From Opitutaceae bacterium (GTDB lineage: Bacteria > Verrucomicrobiota > Verrucomicrobiia > Opitutales > Coraliomargaritaceae), in NCBI GenBank assembly GCA_051252375.1, contig JBPOFY010000003.1:1-64000 (forward strand): a stretch of 64,000 bases of DNA, in the 5' to 3' direction. The notes below the pieces were generated by a model that was not told the DNA's origin, did not search any database, and saw only the letters and a program-made list of their open reading frames with translations. A program made the position numbers and the translations under genes. Shown here in pieces: positions 34,087-46,239 of the stretch; position 1 is the first letter of the stretch; each line of letters opens with the position of its first letter.

Positions 34087-34103
34087 ACCTAACAGTGTTA
34101 TCT
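34087..34103 (-). other. Putative attI site
   Basis: Minus strand AGATAAC-ACT-GTTAGGT (AAC-N3-GTT spacing as in attI1); no attC palindrome upstream. Confidence 0.55.
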
Positions 34104-34343
34104 GCGTCCTTGAACAACGCATTTGACGGATTTGGTTTGTGTGGAAATTGTGGGGTTGGGGTTCATGTTAGACGCGTTGCGCAACGGTCCATTGCCTTTA
34201 AACTCTAGGATCGATGGTTTGTCACGCTTTTAGAAAGAGTTGATTTTCCTGGAAAACGTTACTTTTTGATTCCGACAAATGCGAAGTTCCTGAAGTGGTT
34301 ATATTGGGTGCGAAGAGACGGAATATACCGCCTGACTTAATAT

Positions 34344-34428
34344 TGTAGCCACGGCAGTCTCCTGCCGTGTTTTGTTTTAGCTGATATAGACTATGCTGAC
34401 TATCACGTCACAGAGTGACGTGGCTACA
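34344..34428. repeat. GTAG-type REP inverted doublet
   Basis: tgtagccacggcagtctcctgccgtg ... cacgtcacagagtgacgtggctaca; relative at 49535. Confidence 0.8.
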
Positions 34429-34628
34429 TGATACTAAATATCATGTAGCGGACTGTCTCTGACGAATAGCGGTCAGGGACGACCGCCGCTAACTTTGTGC
34501 TTCATGTGTCTCTTTGCTCATTCGATTGCCCGAAGGGCACCCATCTCATTCACCCCTAAAGGGGCTGCGCCATCTCCGCGCAGCTGCGCTCCGTGTGGTT
34601 ATGAGTATCCGTGTTTAATATTGAGCAC

Positions 34629-34656
34629 AAAAAAGCGCGCGTCCTGAGACGCGCGC
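34629..34656 (-). terminator. Intrinsic terminator of the mutase operon
   Basis: gcgcgcgtc-ctga-gacgcgcgc hairpin plus T6 on the minus strand. Confidence 0.8.
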
Positions 34657-34704
34657 TGGTTGTTTTATGACTGAATGGTGATCAGCTTCGCTGACCACTA
34701 ATTA

Positions 34705-36870
<2,166 letters not shown>

Positions 36871-36920
36871 GATTTTTTGTAGTTAAATTCTAAATACTAA
36901 CTTCTATATCCTAACTTCTT

Positions 36921-39056
36921 TTAAAGAACGCCTAGTCCTTGGAGGTGGAGACGGTTGACTTCGTAGTTGTTGGACTTAACGAAGACGAAGTCGTCCATTC
37001 CGGCGGCACGGTATTCGTCTTCCTTTTCACCAGGGAAGCCAGCGAGGAGAACGCGTGTGTCGGGGAGGGCTTGCTTGATCGCAGTGGCATAGTCGGCGAA
37101 CTTTTCGGCGTAGTCGTCGTCGGTCGCGCAGACCACAGTGATGCAGGCTCCGGATTCGATGAGCGCTTTGACTGCTTCTTCGGGTGTCTCGAATCCTTTC
37201 GGTGAGATGACTTCGAAGCCGCCGCTCTGGAAGAAGCCTTTGATGAAGTCCGCACGTAGTTTGTGGCGACGGAGTGGACCGAGGTTGCAGAGGAAGATCT
37301 TTGGGAACTCTCCTGTTTTTTCGGCGAATTTAACGGACGCATCGCGCATCGCTTCGTATTTCGCGGCGAGGCGTGTGGCGGCGAGCGGGCGAATGGCTTC
37401 GGCGGGCTCGGCACTGGCACGGATCGTCTTGGTGACTTCGCCGATGGTGGCTCCTGCGGTGATAGCCTCTACGAGTGCAGGCACCAGTGATTCGCGGTCC
37501 ACTTCGAGGAGTTTACCTAGGGCGCTCATGACTGCGGCGTCGGCATTTTCGTCTAGCTCCATGCGGGCCGCTGCGATTTCGCGAGCGCGTTGGTCACGGA
37601 TGCCGTTGTAGTCAATCGAAGTGTCGTCGAGTGGTTTCTCTTCGAGGTTCGGATAGACGTTGGTGCCGACTAGACTGACGCGGCGTTGGTTGAGTTGGTC
37701 TTGGACGCCCTTTGCTGTTTTTGCGATAGTGTCGAAGATGAAACCGTTCTCGAGGGCGGGGATGACGCCGCCTTGTTTTTCGATTTCTTGAAAGAAGGTC
37801 CAAGATTTTTCGGAGATTTCATTGGTCAACCATTCGACCGCCCATGAGCCGCCTGCTGGGTCGACTACGGCAGTGAGCTCGCATTCTTCCTGGAGGATGA
37901 TTTGCGTGTTGCGTGAAATCCGACGGCTGAAGGTGTCGGGTAGGCGAGTGACCTCGTCGAAGTTACCCACACATAGACTGTCGACACCGCCGATGACACC
38001 GCTGAGGGCTTCGGTTGTGGTGCGGAGCATGTTTACGTAAGGGTCTTTCTTCGTCTTGTTATAGAGACCAGTGCGGGCGTGCATGGTGATCTTTTGCGCT
38101 TCGGCGCTGCCACCGAAGCCAGCAACCACTTGTGCCCAGAGCACACGTGCGGCGCGGAGTTTGGCGATCTCCATGAAGAAGTTTGGCCCTATGGCGAAAC
38201 TGAAACGGATTTGCTTGGCAGCATCGTCAACCGATAGACCGCGCTCGGTGAGCTCTGTTAGATAGGCGGCACCGGAGGCGAGGGCGATGCCGAGCTCTTC
38301 GACTGAAGAACCGCCTGCTTGGTGATAAGGTAGCGTGGAAACGCCGACCGATTTTATTCCAGGTGCGGATTTCGCGCAGAAGGCGGCGAGGACGGCTTGT
38401 TCATTTAGAAGTTCGCCGAGCGATGTGGGCAGTAGACCAGCCGCTGCTTGAACCGCGATGGGGTCCATGCCGAGGCTACCTTTGACGGTGCTGAGATCGA
38501 CGCCTTTGTTTTCCAGCCAAGCGAAGAAGAGCGCGCCAACCGAGAGCCCTGAGCATCCTGTGCGGATGTGGAAACTGACGGCATCGGGGATGATTTCTTC
38601 GAATGCAGTTTGAATATCCTTCAAGCATGCGAGCGAGAGTCCGCAGGCACCGACTTCGCCAGCTTGAGCACTGTCGGGGTCGAGCCCTTTAAGTGTGGCG
38701 ATGTCCAGAATGATGTTGAGTGCATCTTGACCGCGCATGAGATCGGCTCGAGCTGCGGCATTGAACTCACTCGGTGTGCCGTAGGGGAGCTCTTGGGCGA
38801 TTTCCCAGGGCTTCTCGGTATAGCCCGCAGCATTGGTGCCGCGGAGATAGCCGTCGAAGCCAGGCTGAGTCTCGGAAGCAGGTAACTGCTCCAACACTTC
38901 TTTACGGAAGATAGGTTCCAAGCGGATACCTTCCGGCGTTTGTTTAGTCATCACTTTATCGAAAGGGGCTCCTTTCAACAGCTTTTCAGCTGCTGTGCGC
39001 CACTCTTCCGGTGTCGATGCAGGGAATTCATTGAGTAGTTTTTGTGTCTTTTTCAT
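36921..39056 (-). CDS. mutA: Methylmalonyl-CoA mutase, small (non-catalytic) subunit
   Basis: FFMEIAKLRAAR, DPYVNMLR, DPAGGS; lacks DxHxxG. Confidence 0.92.
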   Translation of the reverse strand: MKKTQKLLNEFPASTPEEWRTAAEKLLKGAPFDKVMTKQTPEGIRLEPIFRKEVLEQLPASETQPGFDGYLRGTNAAGYTEKPWEIAQELPYGTPSEFNAAARADLMRGQDALNIILDIATLKGLDPDSAQAGEVGACGLSLACLKDIQTAFEEIIPDAVSFHIRTGCSGLSVGALFFAWLENKGVDLSTVKGSLGMDPIAVQAAAGLLPTSLGELLNEQAVLAAFCAKSAPGIKSVGVSTLPYHQAGGSSVEELGIALASGAAYLTELTERGLSVDDAAKQIRFSFAIGPNFFMEIAKLRAARVLWAQVVAGFGGSAEAQKITMHARTGLYNKTKKDPYVNMLRTTTEALSGVIGGVDSLCVGNFDEVTRLPDTFSRRISRNTQIILQEECELTAVVDPAGGSWAVEWLTNEISEKSWTFFQEIEKQGGVIPALENGFIFDTIAKTAKGVQDQLNQRRVSLVGTNVYPNLEEKPLDDTSIDYNGIRDQRAREIAAARMELDENADAAVMSALGKLLEVDRESLVPALVEAITAGATIGEVTKTIRASAEPAEAIRPLAATRLAAKYEAMRDASVKFAEKTGEFPKIFLCNLGPLRRHKLRADFIKGFFQSGGFEVISPKGFETPEEAVKALIESGACITVVCATDDDYAEKFADYATAIKQALPDTRVLLAGFPGEKEDEYRAAGMDDFVFVKSNNYEVNRLHLQGLGVL

Positions 39057-39194
39057 AAGCTAAACTTAATTGGATTAAATTTAATATAAGAAAAACTTGC
39101 ATTCTCGGAAACGGCATGTCAATAAGAATGTGTAATCTAAAAAACTTTCAGATTAAGCTAAGCTAATCAATCAACTCAAACCACCGATAACATT

Positions 39195-39599
39195 ATGATC
39201 AAGCAAATCGACCACCTCGGCATTGCCGTCCGCAACCTCGATGAATCCATCGAATATTACGAAAAAGCCCTTGGCTTGCACTGCCATGGCCGCGAAGAAG
39301 TGGCATCGCAAAAAGTGAAGACTGCATTTTTTGAAGCGGGCGATGTGCATATTGAGCTTCTTGAGCCCACTTCGGAGGATAGCCCGATTGCCAAGTTCTT
39401 GGAAAAGAACGGCGAGGGTATTCACCACATCGCATTTGCGGTGGACGACATTGAAGGTCAGCTTAACCAAGCTAAAGAGGCCGGTGTGCGCGTTATTCAT
39501 GAAGTCCCATTCGAAGGCGCGGCCAATAAGCTGGTCGCTTTCCTCCATCCTAAATCGACAGGTGGTGTTCTTACAGAATTCTGCATGGATAAAAAGTAA
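39195..39599 (+). CDS. mce: Methylmalonyl-CoA epimerase
   Basis: IDHLGIAV, IELLEP, GIHHIAF, FLHPKSTGGVLTE. Confidence 0.95.
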   Translation: MIKQIDHLGIAVRNLDESIEYYEKALGLHCHGREEVASQKVKTAFFEAGDVHIELLEPTSEDSPIAKFLEKNGEGIHHIAFAVDDIEGQLNQAKEAGVRVIHEVPFEGAANKLVAFLHPKSTGGVLTEFCMDKK

Positions 39600-39638
39600 G
39601 CCTTTCCAGATACTTAAAACATTCAAACATAATCAAAT

Positions 39639-41189
39639 ATGGCAATAGACCCAAAATTATTGAAAGAACTTCGGGACCGGCGTGAGGTAGCTCGCAAAGC
39701 TGGCGGCGAAGACAAACTAGCCAAACGGCGTGCGAAAGGACAAATGAGCGCTCGCGAGCGTTTAGAAGTCCTATTCGAACCTGGCACTTTCCAAGAGTTC
39801 GGCATGCATGCCCAGCATACTTGCACACGCTTTGGCATGGAGAAGAAATCATTACCTTATGATGGTGTGGTTTGCGGAACTGGCCTAGTCGATGGTCGTG
39901 CCGTCGCGGCATACGCACAGGACTTCACTGTCAGTGGTGGTTCGCTCGGACGTATTCACGCAAAGAAGATTTGCGACCTCATGGACATCGCGGTCGAATC
40001 CGGCATGCCGGTGGTCGGGGTGAACGATTCTGGGGGTGCACGTATTCAAGAAGGCGTTGATTCGCTGAGTGGCTACGGACAAGTGTTCTTCAAGAATGTA
40101 TTGCTCTCAGGTGTGGTGCCGCAAATTGCGGTGATCGCAGGTCCTTGTGCAGGTGGTGCGGCATATTCGCCAGCCCTGACAGACTTCCTGATCATGACGA
40201 AGAATAACGCCAACATGTTTATCTGTGGTCCTGACGTGATTAAGGCAGCAACTGGCGAAGTGGCGCAATTGGAGCAATTTGCTTCTGCTGCAGCGCATGC
40301 CAGTATCTCTGGTAATATCCACCTTGTTGCGGAAGATGATGCGCATGCGATGGAAATGACCGCGAAGCTGTTGTCCTTCCTGCCCAGCAACAATATCTCG
40401 GATCCTCCTCACGTGATGATGGATCTCGATTTGAATGATGATCCGGAGATGAACGAGCTTGTGCCGGACTCACCGAAGAAGCCACTTGATGTGATGGCTG
40501 TGATCGATCGCTTGGTTGATGATGGCGACTTCTTCGAGATTATGCCCGACTTTGCAGGCAGCCTCGTTGTCGGTTACGCCCGTATCCAGGGAATTGTTGT
40601 CGGTATTGTCGCGAACAACCCAATGGTAAAAGCTGGCACGCTTGACATTGATAGCTCCGATAAAGGTGCACGTTTCATCCGGACTTGTAACATCTACAAT
40701 ATCCCCATTGTGACACTTGTGGATGTCCCCGGCTTCATGCCAGGGCTCGCGCAAGAGCAGGGTGGTATTATCCGCCACGGTGCAAAGATGCTCTTTGCTT
40801 ATGCGGCTTCGACAGTGCCAAAAATCACTATGATCATGCGTAAAGCATATGGTGGTGCGTATCTCGCGATGTGCTCTGCTGACCTTGGTGCCGATATGGT
40901 ATTTGCATGGCCCACTGCGGAAATCGCAGTGATGGGTGCTGAAGGCGCGGTGAACGTGCTCTTCCGTAAGGAGTTGAAAGAAGCTGACGATCCTAAGGCC
41001 AAGGCCGCAGAGATCGCAGAAGCATATCGCAATGAGTTTGCCTCGCCTTATCAAGCAGCTGCGAACGGCATGATTACAGACGTGATCGAACCCGCGCAGA
41101 CACGTGCAGCGATTGCATTGGCATTACGTAATACCTTGAGCAAGCGTGACTCGCGTCCGCCTAAGAAACACGGTAACATTCCTCTATAA
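39639..41189 (+). CDS. mmdA: Methylmalonyl-CoA decarboxylase alpha (carboxyltransferase) subunit
   Basis: DSGGARIQEG, GPCAGGA, DVPGFMPG, KKHGNIPL; operon context. Confidence 0.9.
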   Translation: MAIDPKLLKELRDRREVARKAGGEDKLAKRRAKGQMSARERLEVLFEPGTFQEFGMHAQHTCTRFGMEKKSLPYDGVVCGTGLVDGRAVAAYAQDFTVSGGSLGRIHAKKICDLMDIAVESGMPVVGVNDSGGARIQEGVDSLSGYGQVFFKNVLLSGVVPQIAVIAGPCAGGAAYSPALTDFLIMTKNNANMFICGPDVIKAATGEVAQLEQFASAAAHASISGNIHLVAEDDAHAMEMTAKLLSFLPSNNISDPPHVMMDLDLNDDPEMNELVPDSPKKPLDVMAVIDRLVDDGDFFEIMPDFAGSLVVGYARIQGIVVGIVANNPMVKAGTLDIDSSDKGARFIRTCNIYNIPIVTLVDVPGFMPGLAQEQGGIIRHGAKMLFAYAASTVPKITMIMRKAYGGAYLAMCSADLGADMVFAWPTAEIAVMGAEGAVNVLFRKELKEADDPKAKAAEIAEAYRNEFASPYQAAANGMITDVIEPAQTRAAIALALRNTLSKRDSRPPKKHGNIPL

Positions 41190-41218
41190 GCACGATATAA
41201 TCAACGAGCTTACATATT

Positions 41219-41659
41219 ATGAATTACATACCTATAGTCATAGCCGCAGCGGATGCGGAATTGCCTGTCGAAGTGAGCCATGGCACCACCGAAGTGGTGG
41301 TGGTGGGCTTCCTCTTCGTCATGGTCGTGCTCTCTTTATTGAGTGCTGTCACGGCCGCGATCGGTGCATTTTTTGCGAAGCAAGCGGCTAGAGATGCTGC
41401 TCGCGCGGCGGAAGCCTTGCAAAACGCTGCACCAGTCATGTCGACAGTTGCGCAAGCAGCACCAGCAGCGACTCAAATCGCGACAGCTACTGAACCTGTT
41501 GCCGATGAGGACGACCCTGTCTTAGTCGCTGTAATCACGGCAGCCGTTCACTCCGTCATCGGAGATCGTGCGCACCGCATTGTTGCGGTTCGCCCAGGTC
41601 TCCCGGGATGGGCTCAAGAAGGACGCCGTCAGATCTTCTCATCGCACCGTGTGCGTTGA
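41219..41659 (+). CDS. mmdD: Decarboxylase delta/gamma (OadG-like) subunit
   Basis: Single TM helix, Ala/Pro linker, VAVITAAV, WAQEGR. Confidence 0.85.
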   Translation: MNYIPIVIAAADAELPVEVSHGTTEVVVVGFLFVMVVLSLLSAVTAAIGAFFAKQAARDAARAAEALQNAAPVMSTVAQAAPAATQIATATEPVADEDDPVLVAVITAAVHSVIGDRAHRIVAVRPGLPGWAQEGRRQIFSSHRVR

Positions 41660-41704
41660 TTACATTCTCAAACAAACAAAACATTTATTAAAATAAGGAA
41701 TATT

Positions 41705-42103
41705 ATGAAACGGTTACGCATTACTGTAGAAGGAAAAACATACGACGTAGATGTCGAATTACTTGATGAGGGCTTCGCAGGCTCCGCACCACGTCCCGCA
41801 GCTCCCCGCAGCAGCACACGTGTCGCGGCTCCAGTCGCCGCACCGAAGCCCGCCGCAGCTCCCGCAGCCGCCTCTGTCGCAGGTGGTGGTGCAGGTGATG
41901 TCGGTAGCCCGTTGGCTGCTGTGGTTGTCTCGATTGATGTGGCTATTGGTGACACTGTCGCCCCTGGCGATACAGTCATCACACTTGAAGCGATGAAGAT
42001 GAATACCATCGTCGCTGCAACATCTGGCGGCACGGTCAAAGCGATCCACGTTGCCAATGGTGATGCGGTCGAAGAAGGTCAACCATTGGTCACGATCGAA
42101 TAG
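41705..42103 (+). CDS. mmdC: Biotin carboxyl carrier subunit
   Basis: LEAMKM; Ala/Pro linker. Confidence 0.92.
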   Translation: MKRLRITVEGKTYDVDVELLDEGFAGSAPRPAAPRSSTRVAAPVAAPKPAAAPAAASVAGGGAGDVGSPLAAVVVSIDVAIGDTVAPGDTVITLEAMKMNTIVAATSGGTVKAIHVANGDAVEEGQPLVTIE

Positions 42104-42113
42104 GAAATAGCTT

Positions 42114-43613
42114 ATGCTTGATTTACTTCACCGTCTTTACGGTAGCACTGGATTTGCCTATTTAGATTGGCGCATGTTCGTCATGTGGGCTGTTGTTGTT
42201 GGCCTGCTCTATCTTGCAGTGTATCGGAAATTCGAGCCTTTGTTGCTCGTGCCGATTGCATTTGGAGCAATGTTGGCGAATCTGCCGACACAGGGCATTA
42301 TCAATAAGCCTGCTAGTGTGCTACGTAGTCCCGAAGCTGGCATCGTGATGGTGGCGCTAGCTGAAACTGGGGCGACCGCTAAGCTGCATGCAGTGGAAAA
42401 AGTGCTGCCTAAGACGGTGGGGGATCTATCTGTCGATTCACTCGCGGCCTTATTGCACGGCGACCAAGTTGCCTACTATGGCGAAGGATCACTACTGTAT
42501 ATTATCCGCCCAGAAGGCGCGACTGAAGCTACGGCGTCTGCCCGCACTGTGGGCGGCTACCTGTTGCAGTCGACAGATACTTTGGTCTGGGCTGAAGCGG
42601 CTGGTAGGGTGGTATCGACACGCGTTGTTGAAGGTGCCGCTGTTGTCGAAGGTGAAGAATTGGCTGAGCTGCACAGCAATCATACCGGCGGCTTGTTTCA
42701 CTACTTACAGCTGGGGATCATACTCGAGATTTTCCCGCCGCTCATCTTTTTGGGCGTGGGGGCATTGACAGACTTTGGTCCACTCATTGCGAACCCTCGC
42801 ACACTCTTGCTCGGAGGCGCGGCTCAGTTCGGTGTCTTTGGCACGTTCATTGGTGCGCAGTTTCTCGGCTTTAGCGATCAAGCTTCGGCTGCGATCGGGA
42901 TCATTGGCGGGGCGGATGGTCCGACATCTATCTTCCTGGCTAATGCGCTTGCGCCCGAGTTGCTCGCGCCCATTGCCGTGGCTGCTTATAGTTACATGGC
43001 ACTTGTGCCAGTGATTCAGCCGCCGATCATGCGCGCTTTGACAACAGAGAAAGAGCGTAAGATTCGCATGAAGAGTCTGCGTAAAGTCAGCCGTTTGGAG
43101 AAGCTGGTCTTCGCGGTGATCGTGACCGTCGCCTGTATCTTGCTCGTGCCGCCAGCTGCGCCACTGATTGGGATGCTCATGTTTGGTAACTTCCTCCGCG
43201 AATGTAATGTGACTGAGCGCTTGAGCAAAGCCGCGCAAAACGAGTTGATCAATGTCATCACTATTTTTCTTGGTGCCAGTGTCGGTATCACCATGACAGG
43301 GGATCGCTTCTTGCGCACCGAGACGATCGGTATTCTCGTTCTTGGCGTGACAGCGTTTGCGGTGGCCACATCCTCAGGTATTTTGATGGCGAAAGCGATG
43401 AATGTCTTTTCCAAGAATAAGATCAACCCACTCATTGGTTCTGCCGGTGTCAGTGCGGTGCCAATGGCGGCACGGGTGAGTCAAGTGGAAGGGCAGAAGG
43501 CGGACCCCTCGAACTTCCTCCTTATGCATGCCATGGGCCCCAATGTGGCCGGAGTTATTGGCACCGCATTGGCGGCAGGTTTCTTCCTAACATTACTTGC
43601 TGATAAACACTAA
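42114..43613 (+). CDS. mmdB: Na+-translocating decarboxylase beta subunit with about 125-aa insertion
   Basis: FEPLLLVPI, GALTDFGP, IIGGADGPT, GSAGVSAVPMAARV, HAMGPNVAG. Confidence 0.93.
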   Translation: MLDLLHRLYGSTGFAYLDWRMFVMWAVVVGLLYLAVYRKFEPLLLVPIAFGAMLANLPTQGIINKPASVLRSPEAGIVMVALAETGATAKLHAVEKVLPKTVGDLSVDSLAALLHGDQVAYYGEGSLLYIIRPEGATEATASARTVGGYLLQSTDTLVWAEAAGRVVSTRVVEGAAVVEGEELAELHSNHTGGLFHYLQLGIILEIFPPLIFLGVGALTDFGPLIANPRTLLLGGAAQFGVFGTFIGAQFLGFSDQASAAIGIIGGADGPTSIFLANALAPELLAPIAVAAYSYMALVPVIQPPIMRALTTEKERKIRMKSLRKVSRLEKLVFAVIVTVACILLVPPAAPLIGMLMFGNFLRECNVTERLSKAAQNELINVITIFLGASVGITMTGDRFLRTETIGILVLGVTAFAVATSSGILMAKAMNVFSKNKINPLIGSAGVSAVPMAARVSQVEGQKADPSNFLLMHAMGPNVAGVIGTALAAGFFLTLLADKH

Positions 43614-43657
43614 TTTTTCATTTTCAATTTGTATTCATAATTTAACTACTAAAAGAC

Positions 43658-45169
43658 ATGGTAACACAAACCACCTATCCCGTAATAAGTGCCGACGAAG
43701 CAGCCGCGCTTATTAGCAATGAAGACATTATCGGCTTCAGCGGATTCACTCCCGCTGGTGCTGCTAAAGAAATCCCGACCGCGATCGCGCGCAAGGCGGT
43801 GGCTGAGCATGAAGCTGGGCGTCCGTTTAAGATCGGAGTTGTGACAGGCGCATCGACCGGCGACAGCCTAGATGGCGAGCTTGCCCGTGCCAACGCGGTG
43901 CTGTTTCGCACGCCTTATCAAAGCGATAAGTCGCTGCGTGCGCAGATCAACAAGGGCGAAACTTGCTTCTTCGATATGCACCTATCCATGCTCCCTCAGG
44001 CAGCTCGTTATGGATTCTTAGGGAAGATAAAATACGCCATCGTTGAAGCGGCCTCGGTGAGTGATGACGGTGAGATTGTGTTCACGACGAGTGTCGGGGC
44101 ATCCAATACTTTCTGTAGTGTGGCGGACAAAATCTTGATCGAGCTCAATGAAGCGCACCCAGCTGAGTTGAGTGGTTTGCATGACATTTACGAGCCACTG
44201 GATCCACCGCTACGCCGCGAAATTCCGGTTTACAGCTGTGCTGATCGCATCGGTAGCCCTTCGATGAAAGTCGATCCCTCGAAAATCATAGGGATCGTTA
44301 AGACCAATCGTCCTGATGAAGTCGGTGGCTTTAAAGAAACCGATGCGGTGACAAAGCAAATCGGTGAAAACGTGGCAACCTTCCTAGCCAACGAGCTCAA
44401 GGTCGGACGTATCCCGAAGGATTTTTTACCGATTCAATCCGGCGTGGGTAACATTGCCAACGCGGTGCTCGGTGCTCTGGGCGAAAATCCAAACATTCCA
44501 CCTTTTGAAATGTATTCTGAGGTCATTCAAGACAGTGTGATTGGTCTGATGCGTAGTGGTGATATTAAGTTTGCCAGTGCCACATCATTGACAGTTTCGC
44601 CACCGGTATTGAAGGAAGTCTACGAAGACCTAGACTTCTTCAAGGAGCGCATGGTGCTACGTCCGCAAGAGGTGTCGAATCACCCCGAAGTGGTGCGTCG
44701 TCTCGGTATTATTTCGATTAACACCGCGATTGAAGCCGACATTTGGGGGAACATTAATTCCACCCACGTCATGGGAAATAACTTGATGAACGGCATCGGC
44801 GGTTCGGGTGACTTTACTCGCAATGCTTACATCTCGATTTTCACTTGTCCTTCGATTGCGAAGGGTGGGGCGATCAGCACGATCGTGCCAATGGTGGCTC
44901 ACCTCGACCACAGTGAGCACAGTGTGCAAGTCCTCATCACCGATCAAGGCATTGCCGACCTCCGTGGTAAAGACCCCGGTGAGCGTGCCCGTGAAATCGT
45001 TGATAAGTGTGCGCATCCAGAATACAAAGATCAACTTCACGCCTATTTCGACGATGTGAAAGACGGCCACACACCGCAGACTCTACGCACTGCTTTTGCT
45101 ATGCATGAAGCGTTCATGGAAAAGAAAGATATGCGCGGGGTCGATTGGACTTCGAAATACAGCAAGTAA
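43658..45169 (+). CDS. Succinate CoA-transferase (acetyl-CoA hydrolase/transferase family)
   Basis: SGFTPAG, QSGVGNIANAV, NGIGGSGDF. Confidence 0.9.
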   Translation: MVTQTTYPVISADEAAALISNEDIIGFSGFTPAGAAKEIPTAIARKAVAEHEAGRPFKIGVVTGASTGDSLDGELARANAVLFRTPYQSDKSLRAQINKGETCFFDMHLSMLPQAARYGFLGKIKYAIVEAASVSDDGEIVFTTSVGASNTFCSVADKILIELNEAHPAELSGLHDIYEPLDPPLRREIPVYSCADRIGSPSMKVDPSKIIGIVKTNRPDEVGGFKETDAVTKQIGENVATFLANELKVGRIPKDFLPIQSGVGNIANAVLGALGENPNIPPFEMYSEVIQDSVIGLMRSGDIKFASATSLTVSPPVLKEVYEDLDFFKERMVLRPQEVSNHPEVVRRLGIISINTAIEADIWGNINSTHVMGNNLMNGIGGSGDFTRNAYISIFTCPSIAKGGAISTIVPMVAHLDHSEHSVQVLITDQGIADLRGKDPGERAREIVDKCAHPEYKDQLHAYFDDVKDGHTPQTLRTAFAMHEAFMEKKDMRGVDWTSKYSK

Positions 45170-45177
45170 TCGCTTTT

Positions 45178-45253
45178 CTTAATCATATTCTTAATTTTAA
45201 TCCTTTTGTATACGGGAGGAGATTATGATTAAGAGTAAGATTGTGATTAGGAT
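45178..45253. repeat. Hexamer-based inverted-repeat element
   Basis: cttaatcatattcttaattttaatcc ... gattatgattaagagtaagattgtgattagg. Confidence 0.7.
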
Positions 45254-45259
45254 TTTTAA

Positions 45260-46234
45260 ATGAAAAGTCTTCCCGATATCGAAGCGATGTATGCCGGCGT
45301 TCTCGCAGGCGATCGCGCTTATTTAGCGCGTGCTATTACGTTGGTGGAAAGCCGTGCTCCGAAGCATCGGCCGTTTGCTCGCGATCTCATGCAACGTATT
45401 TTACCGCACAGCGGTGGTGCGATGAGAGTCGGATTGACGGGTGTGCCGGGGGCAGGGAAGAGCACTTTTATCGAAGCCTTGGGGATGTTACTATGCCAGC
45501 AAGGTAAGAAGGTCGCCGTGCTGGCGGTCGATCCTAGTAGCTCAGTCAATGGGGGTAGTATTCTCGGCGACAAAACCCGGATGGAAGACCTGTCCCGCGA
45601 GTTGAATGCCTTTATCCGCCCGTCTCCCTCCGGAGTTTCGTTGGGCGGTGTGGCGGCGCGCACGCGCGAAGCTTTGTTGCTCTGCGAAGCGGCTGGTTAC
45701 GATGTGGTGCTCGTTGAGACGGTCGGCGTGGGCCAAAGCGAAACCGCCGTTCGCACGATGACAGACTTCTTTCTTTTGCTGCAAATCGCGGGTGCTGGTG
45801 ACGAGTTGCAAGGTATTAAAAAAGGGGTGATCGAATTGGCAGATGCGATCGTGGTGAATAAAGCCGATGGCGGAAATCTCCTGCGCGCGGAGCAAGCCAA
45901 AATGGAATACACCAAGGTGTTGCATTTCCTCCATCCTTTCACGCCCGGTTGGAAGCCGCAGGCGATGACCTGTTCCGCCCTCAACTCCGAAGGTGTCGAT
46001 GCGGTTTGGCAATTGATTGAGCAATTTCGCGATGAGCTCACGACCAGCGGTGTCTTTGATCAGCGCCGACGTGAGCAGAATGTAGACTGGTTCAAGTCGC
46101 TTCTACAATACGCAGTGATGGACCGCTTTACGGCCGAAAATCACACTGCGATTAACGACTACGAAGCGGCCGTCGGCGAAGGCAGTGTGCCAGTTTCCGT
46201 CGCGCTCGATGCCTTGCTGAATCGCGAAGATTAG
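45260..46234 (+). CDS. meaB: Methylmalonyl-CoA mutase-associated GTPase
   Basis: GVPGAGKST, AVDPSS, ILGDKTRM, ETVGVGQSE, NKADG. Confidence 0.95.
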   Translation: MKSLPDIEAMYAGVLAGDRAYLARAITLVESRAPKHRPFARDLMQRILPHSGGAMRVGLTGVPGAGKSTFIEALGMLLCQQGKKVAVLAVDPSSSVNGGSILGDKTRMEDLSRELNAFIRPSPSGVSLGGVAARTREALLLCEAAGYDVVLVETVGVGQSETAVRTMTDFFLLLQIAGAGDELQGIKKGVIELADAIVVNKADGGNLLRAEQAKMEYTKVLHFLHPFTPGWKPQAMTCSALNSEGVDAVWQLIEQFRDELTTSGVFDQRRREQNVDWFKSLLQYAVMDRFTAENHTAINDYEAAVGEGSVPVSVALDALLNRED

Positions 46235-46239
46235 TTCGT

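Larger units (their letters stand above)
31284..34103 (-). mobile_element. Integron-type gene-cassette array without integrase in the window (CALIN-like)
   Basis: Five successive cassettes, each starting with a 7-bp R' core exactly complementary to its own R''; L''/L' boxes with extrahelical G. Confidence 0.88.

Noticed and set aside
34104..34700. Integron integrase gene or remnant, and a LexA box, beside the attI-like site
   Set aside because: No ORF of useful length and no tyrosine-recombinase motifs; only a half-site resembling a LexA box.
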